Origin: Macrostomum hystrix
Taxonomy: Eukaryota; Animalia; Platyhelminthes
Direction of reading: 5' to 3'
DNA length: 64,000 nt
NCBI GenBank assembly: GCA_950097015.1
Contig: CATNEN010000032.1
Location: 1,860,001 to 1,924,000, forward strand
Shown piece by piece: positions 58,939-64,000 of the stretch. Position 1 is the stretch's first letter. Every line of letters starts with the position of its first letter. Position numbers and translations under genes: made by a program. The notes below the pieces were generated by a model that searched no databases, had not been told where the DNA came from, and worked only from the letters and a program-made list of their open reading frames with translations.

Positions 58939-59607
58939 GCTCGCACCGGCGGGACACAGTGCCTGTGAGGTATGAGTCAGTCCAGGCCCACGGGCTTTGG
59001 TCTGCGATGCCTCACACCTGCAGCCGTTTTTTGAGCAGGCCTGGCAGGAAGGAGACCTGTACCTTCGGGTGCAGGAATCCCTCCAACGCTGTCCCGTCAG
59101 CTGACCCATGGGTACACGTCCCGCGAGTGTTCAAGGCTGACCCTAGGGCAGCCGGACAGAATGGGCAACAGCGCTGGATGACCCATCCAGGGCCTCCGGC
59201 CAAACTGGGTACCTCTAGCCCCGGCTGGAGGGAAAGGTGTCACCCTTTGACCTTAACAGGGTATGTGGCTTGTCCGCAATTTTCGTGCACCTGTGCGTGA
59301 TCAGGTACCTCTGGCTACGGCCCTGAGGGACAGGTGTCACCCTTTGACCTTAACAGGGTTTGCGGCCAGCCCGCAGGCCTCGGCGCCGGCTCAATGGCAC
59401 CCTCCAATGTCCCAGTGTTGACCGTGCTGATGGACGCTTGGCCAGGGAGTAGTCTGGTCTCTTACGGTTCCTCCCGGTGGTCCTGGCATCCCACCCCGGG
59501 TTGTAACTTGTCTTTTTTGGCTGCCCCCGCTCAGTTTTGGGATCGCGGCTGAGCGGGTTATTCCTGCCTGTGTCTACAGGAAGCCCCTCTCTTCATTGCA
59601 GCTTTCA

Positions 59608-61155
59608 ATGGCTTCTAGCCCTTCAACTGCTCCGGCCGAGGACACCATGGTGCCTGAGGCCATACACGCTGCGGCGCCCGGGCTAGCTGGCCCCGCGACC
59701 GCCACAAATGCCGCGCTGCCCAACTCGCGCGATGACCGGGGCGCTAAGCGCTCCACCACCTCTGGAGCGGCAAAACGCCGTAGGCGCATGCTGGCCCACG
59801 GCACGTCGGCTCCATTGACCAAGGACCAGGCCCAGGCCAGAGGGGCCGAAGGGGCTCTGCCTAGGGCGGGGGCTGGGGCGGGGGGCCTTGTGCCTCCTGC
59901 CCAGGCTCCTGCACGGGGCGGAGCCCACGACGCCCCGAGGCCAGGGTCGCGGGCCAAGGAGGGCCCGGCGCCCATCCGGACGGCTGCCCGGCCCGAAGGA
60001 GAAGCGGAGGCGGAGGGCCCTGTGCCCACCGCCGACGCAGATCCCGAGGGTGGGGACGCCACCGGACAGGGCCCGGGACCACAAGCTACCTACGCCGCCA
60101 TCGCACGTAGGCAACCTGCCGTCATCATCACCGGCAGAGACGGGAAAAGGCTGAGCAGCGAACAGCTCAGCGACATTTGCCGCAACATAGATGCTATGTT
60201 GTGGCAACTTCAACTGAAGGGCGAGCCCCTGGCGGTCGGCGCAAGCGCTACCAGGGAATCGTGCTTCGTCGTCTGGCCCGGCGATGCGGAATCGGGGCGG
60301 CGGCTCCTCGAGTTGCTGCCCACGCAGAGCTGGGCGGCTGGCCTCGAGTTCCTACGGGAGAACGAGCCACCAAAGACCAAGCGACACCGTATCTTCGTCC
60401 CGGCGAAAAGTGTCGTCACCAGCGCTGAGGACCTCCGCAGGGGCCTCATCGCGATGAACCGGGAGCTGCCGACAGCGGGCCTGATCGTGCACCGCACGAT
60501 CCTGCGCCCCGACGGCACCGGTTTCACCGCCATTCTGGGCCTGTCCGAGCAATGGACACGCCGCTACCCAGATGGCGCCAACATTTGCATTGGTCTGTGG
60601 AAGACCAAAATCTTCGCCTTCGAGGCGGATAAAACCCGAGGTCAGACCGGGCCCACCACCGTACCGGCCAATGAAGGGTCCTCGGACCCCAAGGCTGGGA
60701 CTGGGGGCAGGGCCCAGTCGTCCCGCCAAAAAAGGCCAGAGCGTGCCATCGCTGGCAGCTCTGAGCGTCGCCCCGCGCGTGTCACAAAGCGCCGGGGCCT
60801 TCTCCAGCGGGCCTCCGAGGTGGTGCGAACCGCCAAGATGGCCCAGCTGCGCGCTGAGATGCGCGGTGGCCCACCGGGGCAGGCGCCGCAACCAAGGGCT
60901 ACGGGGGAGGCCTCAGAGGTGCCCAGCTCCATCGAGCAGGGCCCTTCGAGCGCCCCTCCCACGGCCCAGGGAGCGGTGTCGGCTCCAGTTGAGGGCGACT
61001 CTGGGCCTGGGCTCGGGGCCGGGGGCGGGGACTGGGCGGCTGACGCCGTCGAGTTCCCGTCTCCGGCTCGGGGCCTGGGCACGGAGGAGCCCATGGCTAC
61101 CGACATCGACCCGGAGGAGGAGGACCGCCTTCTGGCTGGGTCCCCCTCCAAGTAG
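59608..61155 (+). CDS. Retrotransposon ORF1 (gag-like, no obvious CCHC knuckle), ~515 aa
   Basis: Open from ATG 59608 to TAG 61155, directly upstream of ORF2. Confidence 0.8.
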   Translation: MASSPSTAPAEDTMVPEAIHAAAPGLAGPATATNAALPNSRDDRGAKRSTTSGAAKRRRRMLAHGTSAPLTKDQAQARGAEGALPRAGAGAGGLVPPAQAPARGGAHDAPRPGSRAKEGPAPIRTAARPEGEAEAEGPVPTADADPEGGDATGQGPGPQATYAAIARRQPAVIITGRDGKRLSSEQLSDICRNIDAMLWQLQLKGEPLAVGASATRESCFVVWPGDAESGRRLLELLPTQSWAAGLEFLRENEPPKTKRHRIFVPAKSVVTSAEDLRRGLIAMNRELPTAGLIVHRTILRPDGTGFTAILGLSEQWTRRYPDGANICIGLWKTKIFAFEADKTRGQTGPTTVPANEGSSDPKAGTGGRAQSSRQKRPERAIAGSSERRPARVTKRRGLLQRASEVVRTAKMAQLRAEMRGGPPGQAPQPRATGEASEVPSSIEQGPSSAPPTAQGAVSAPVEGDSGPGLGAGGGDWAADAVEFPSPARGLGTEEPMATDIDPEEEDRLLAGSPSK

Positions 61156-61167
61156 ACCTCTGCCTGC

Positions 61168-64000
61168 ATGATGATCCCCGGAATATCATGTCTGCAAGTT
61201 AACACCCAGCACTGCGTGGCAGCATCAGTCAATCTGATGCGCACGACAGAGCGCATGATGCCGGGCCTTGTACTTGTGCAGGAGCCCTGGCTATCAAAGA
61301 ACAAGCCAAGCAACATTCCTGCTGGCTATGACTGCTTCTGCATGGCAGACTCTGTCCGCCCTAGATCACTGATCTATGCCGCAAAAGCCTTAAATGCGTG
61401 GATGAGACCCGATCTCTCTAACGGGGACATCTGCGTCATCCAATCTGCACACATTGTGCCTAACAAGTTGACCCTCGTGGCATCCGCCTACCTGGCAGGC
61501 GACGCCCCCGTGGTTAGCGATACCCTCGTCGCCCTCTGTGAATTCGCCAGGGCACGAAACTTCGAGCTGCTCCTCGCGGGAGATGTAAACTCGCATCACA
61601 CCCACTGGGGTAGCTCAAAAATCAATGACCGCGGCGAAGAGCTCCTGGCCTTCGTCAGCGGCACGCCTCTAAACTTCTGCAATGTGGGCAACACGCCCAC
61701 TTTCGACAATGGGCGGTGGGCTGAGGTGCTTGACGTCACCCTGGCCTCACCCGGCATCCTCCCAAGGGTGCTGGGGTGGGAGGTGTGGGAGACCGAAAGC
61801 TCGCTCTCGGACCACCGTTTCATCCGTTTCAACATCGGCACCCCCGATAAGAAGCAAAAGCCTATTTGGAGGCGTAATGTCAGAAATACCGACTGGCCCG
61901 CGTTCAGCCAAAAGCTGCATGAGGGCCTTCGGGATTCTGACCCCTCCATGGCCATGGAAACCACGCAGGACCTGGATGGAGTGGCTGCCCTGCTGGGCGG
62001 CGCCATCACAGAGGCCTACGAAATGGCTTGCCCGCTCAAAGCCTACAAAGGCAAAAAATCGGCCCCCTGGTGGAACCCCGAGCTCGGAGTCCTAAGACGC
62101 CGAGCTAAGGCTCTCCAGAGGAAGCTGAAAACCTCGCACGACCCTGATGACAAAGAGGCCTATACTCGCGCCATCCATGAGTTTAAGGGCCGGGTCAGAA
62201 GGGCAAAAGCGGACAAGTGGCGACAATACTGCGAAGGGCTTGAGGGCTCGCGGCCCACGGCCCGCGTGGTAAAGGCGCTCACCAACGACCGCTTCTCCAA
62301 GCTCTCATCGATTAAAAAGCCGGACGGCTCGATCACTGAGCGCCCGGAGGAAACGCTCGAGCTTATGCTAGGGCATTTCTTCCCGAGTGTACCGGCGCAC
62401 TTCGGCCCAGACGACCACTCGCGTGGAGGTCAGGGCCTGGCTCAGTCACTCGTTACGAATGACCGCATCGTTCGCGCGGCTAAGTCATTCAATCCTTTTA
62501 AAGCACCTGGGCCAGATGGTATATATCCGGCCTTTCTGCATGAAGCGGTTAAAAATGGCCGCTTCCTCCATCTCCTCTGCAGACTTCTACGGGCCTGCAT
62601 CGTGCTGGGCTACGTACCAGCGCGGTGGCATGAAGCCCGGGTCGTCTTCATCCCGAAGCCCGCCAAAGGCGACTATCGCTCGGTCAAGTCTTATCGCCCG
62701 ATAAGCTTGACTTCCACCTGCCTCAAGCTCATGGAAAGACTGGTGCTCTGGCGCCTTCTTACTGTAGAGCTAGGGCGGGCCCCGCTCTCACCAAACCAGC
62801 ACGCCTTTCGGGCGGGCCGGTCCACGGAGAGCGCCCTCCACTGCATTGTGGAGACTCTCGAGAAGGCAGTGCTGGGCAGCGGTTTTGCCCTGGCTGTTTT
62901 CCTTGATATTGAGGGGGCCTTCGATAACGTTATTTTCGAAGCCTTTGAGAAGGCCCTGGTTTCCAGGGCCACTCACCCCCACCTCGTCCGTTGGGTCATG
63001 TACATGATCCGGAATCGCCACGTGGTGGCCCACCTCGAAGGCAGGGTGCTCTCGGCACCTGTCCTAAAAGGAGGGCCCCAAGGTGGCGTCCTCACCCCAC
63101 TGCTGTGGAATCTCGTCATGGATGAGCTGCTAAAAAGCACTCGGCCTGACCCAGTCCTGAAGGTGGGATATGCCGACGATGTGACCGCCATCTGCGCGGG
63201 CCCCTCGGCGGAAACCACCAGGGACCTCATTCAGGGCTTTATCAACAGGGCGGTGCGCTGGGCGGACCAATGCGGGCTCCGACTCTCTGAGTCCAAGACC
63301 GTTGCGGTTATGTTTACCAGCAGGCTGCGCTGGACCATTGAGCCTCTGACTCTCTATGGCAAGAATATTGCCATGGAAAAGCAGGTCCGGTGCCTTGGTA
63401 TCCTGCTAGACCATAGGCTTAACTGGACCCCGCACATTACCACAAAGGCCAAGAGGGCCCTGGCCATTCTGGCGCAAGTCAGGCGAGCCGTGGGCACCAC
63501 TTGGGGGCTAACCCCCAAAAACCTTTGGTGGATTTACACGGCGATCATTAGACCGTCAGTCGCTTACGCTGGCCTCATCTGGGCCAGTGCCATGAGCATC
63601 CAGAAAAACCTGGAGGCGCTTTATAGGGTGCAGGGCAGAGCCTGTCGCATGACGCTGGGCGCCCCACCCTCCACTCCCTTTGAAGGCATGAACGCTTTCC
63701 TCAACGCTACACCCATTGACATTTTTGTTAAGGGGGAAGCGGCAAAGTCCACCCGTCGTCTCCTTGATGCGGGTGTATCCTTCCAGAATTCGCGAGCCTT
63801 CTCGAAGCGCTCCCTTCTGCCCCACTCTGACCTCTGCCTGAAAACTCTGGGCGAGTGCGGAGGGCTCACCATCCTTTCGGACGGGGCCCCGGCCACTTTA
63901 CTCCGGAGCCACAGGTACAAAGTCAGCATCTTCCCTCGTAATGAGGTAAAGGACTGCTGGGATGACCCCGCAGTCCACTGTTACACTGACGGCTCCCTGA
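61168..64000 (+). CDS. Retrotransposon ORF2: AP endonuclease, reverse transcriptase, start of RNase H (partial, runs off edge)
   Basis: MMIPGISCLQVNTQH, LVQEPW, GDVNSHH, LDVTL, SDHRFI (APE); KAPGPDG, YRPISL, QHAFRAGRST, FLDIEGAFD, PQGGVLTPLLW, GYADD (RT); CYTDGS (RNase H). All lie in the frame of 61168. Confidence 0.95.
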   Translation, partial: MMIPGISCLQVNTQHCVAASVNLMRTTERMMPGLVLVQEPWLSKNKPSNIPAGYDCFCMADSVRPRSLIYAAKALNAWMRPDLSNGDICVIQSAHIVPNKLTLVASAYLAGDAPVVSDTLVALCEFARARNFELLLAGDVNSHHTHWGSSKINDRGEELLAFVSGTPLNFCNVGNTPTFDNGRWAEVLDVTLASPGILPRVLGWEVWETESSLSDHRFIRFNIGTPDKKQKPIWRRNVRNTDWPAFSQKLHEGLRDSDPSMAMETTQDLDGVAALLGGAITEAYEMACPLKAYKGKKSAPWWNPELGVLRRRAKALQRKLKTSHDPDDKEAYTRAIHEFKGRVRRAKADKWRQYCEGLEGSRPTARVVKALTNDRFSKLSSIKKPDGSITERPEETLELMLGHFFPSVPAHFGPDDHSRGGQGLAQSLVTNDRIVRAAKSFNPFKAPGPDGIYPAFLHEAVKNGRFLHLLCRLLRACIVLGYVPARWHEARVVFIPKPAKGDYRSVKSYRPISLTSTCLKLMERLVLWRLLTVELGRAPLSPNQHAFRAGRSTESALHCIVETLEKAVLGSGFALAVFLDIEGAFDNVIFEAFEKALVSRATHPHLVRWVMYMIRNRHVVAHLEGRVLSAPVLKGGPQGGVLTPLLWNLVMDELLKSTRPDPVLKVGYADDVTAICAGPSAETTRDLIQGFINRAVRWADQCGLRLSESKTVAVMFTSRLRWTIEPLTLYGKNIAMEKQVRCLGILLDHRLNWTPHITTKAKRALAILAQVRRAVGTTWGLTPKNLWWIYTAIIRPSVAYAGLIWASAMSIQKNLEALYRVQGRACRMTLGAPPSTPFEGMNAFLNATPIDIFVKGEAAKSTRRLLDAGVSFQNSRAFSKRSLLPHSDLCLKTLGECGGLTILSDGAPATLLRSHRYKVSIFPRNEVKDCWDDPAVHCYTDGSL

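Larger units (their letters stand above)
58939..64000 (+). mobile_element. Non-LTR retrotransposon (LOA/R1-group-like: ORF1 plus APE-RT-RNaseH ORF2), continues beyond the window
   Basis: GC-rich 5' UTR, two ORFs, domain order APE-RT-RNase H. Confidence 0.92.

Noticed and set aside
58939-59300. HDV-like ribozyme at the LINE 5' end
   Set aside because: No P1/P1.1/P3 nested pseudoknot could be assigned by eye; needs an RNAbob or Infernal search.

Overview
Eukaryotic (invertebrate animal) genomic DNA with GT-AG introns, most of which carry their own minisatellite. The style resembles the flatworm Macrostomum, but that is inference only. Host genes reconstructed by hand: a two-exon POC1-like C-terminal coiled-coil gene piece (-), a complete 6-exon ACTR10/Arp10 (-), a 10-exon kettin/titin-like gene with 5 Ig domains and a ~660-aa glutamine-rich tail (-), and two intact tandem 8-exon 4-aminobutyrate aminotransferase (ABAT) paralogs of 499 aa (+). 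Mobile DNA: a 2.86-kb tandem duplication, two hAT-type elements with 8-bp TSDs, a decayed mariner, a decayed BEN-domain gene carrying a truncated LINE, tRNA-derived SINEs, a P-type THAP transposon with 94-bp TIRs nested in a decayed piggyBac, and an apparently intact LOA-like non-LTR retrotransposon running off the right edge. Most ORF-track entries are repeat or antisense shadows. Main oddities: intronic minisatellites that are reverse complements of nearby 5' splice sites, a uniform C-rich-on-sense-strand bias of these arrays, ABAT paralogs differing at an active-site residue, three repeat-phased TAG codons ending the polyQ tail, and a Poc1 coiled coil with no visible WD40 exons.
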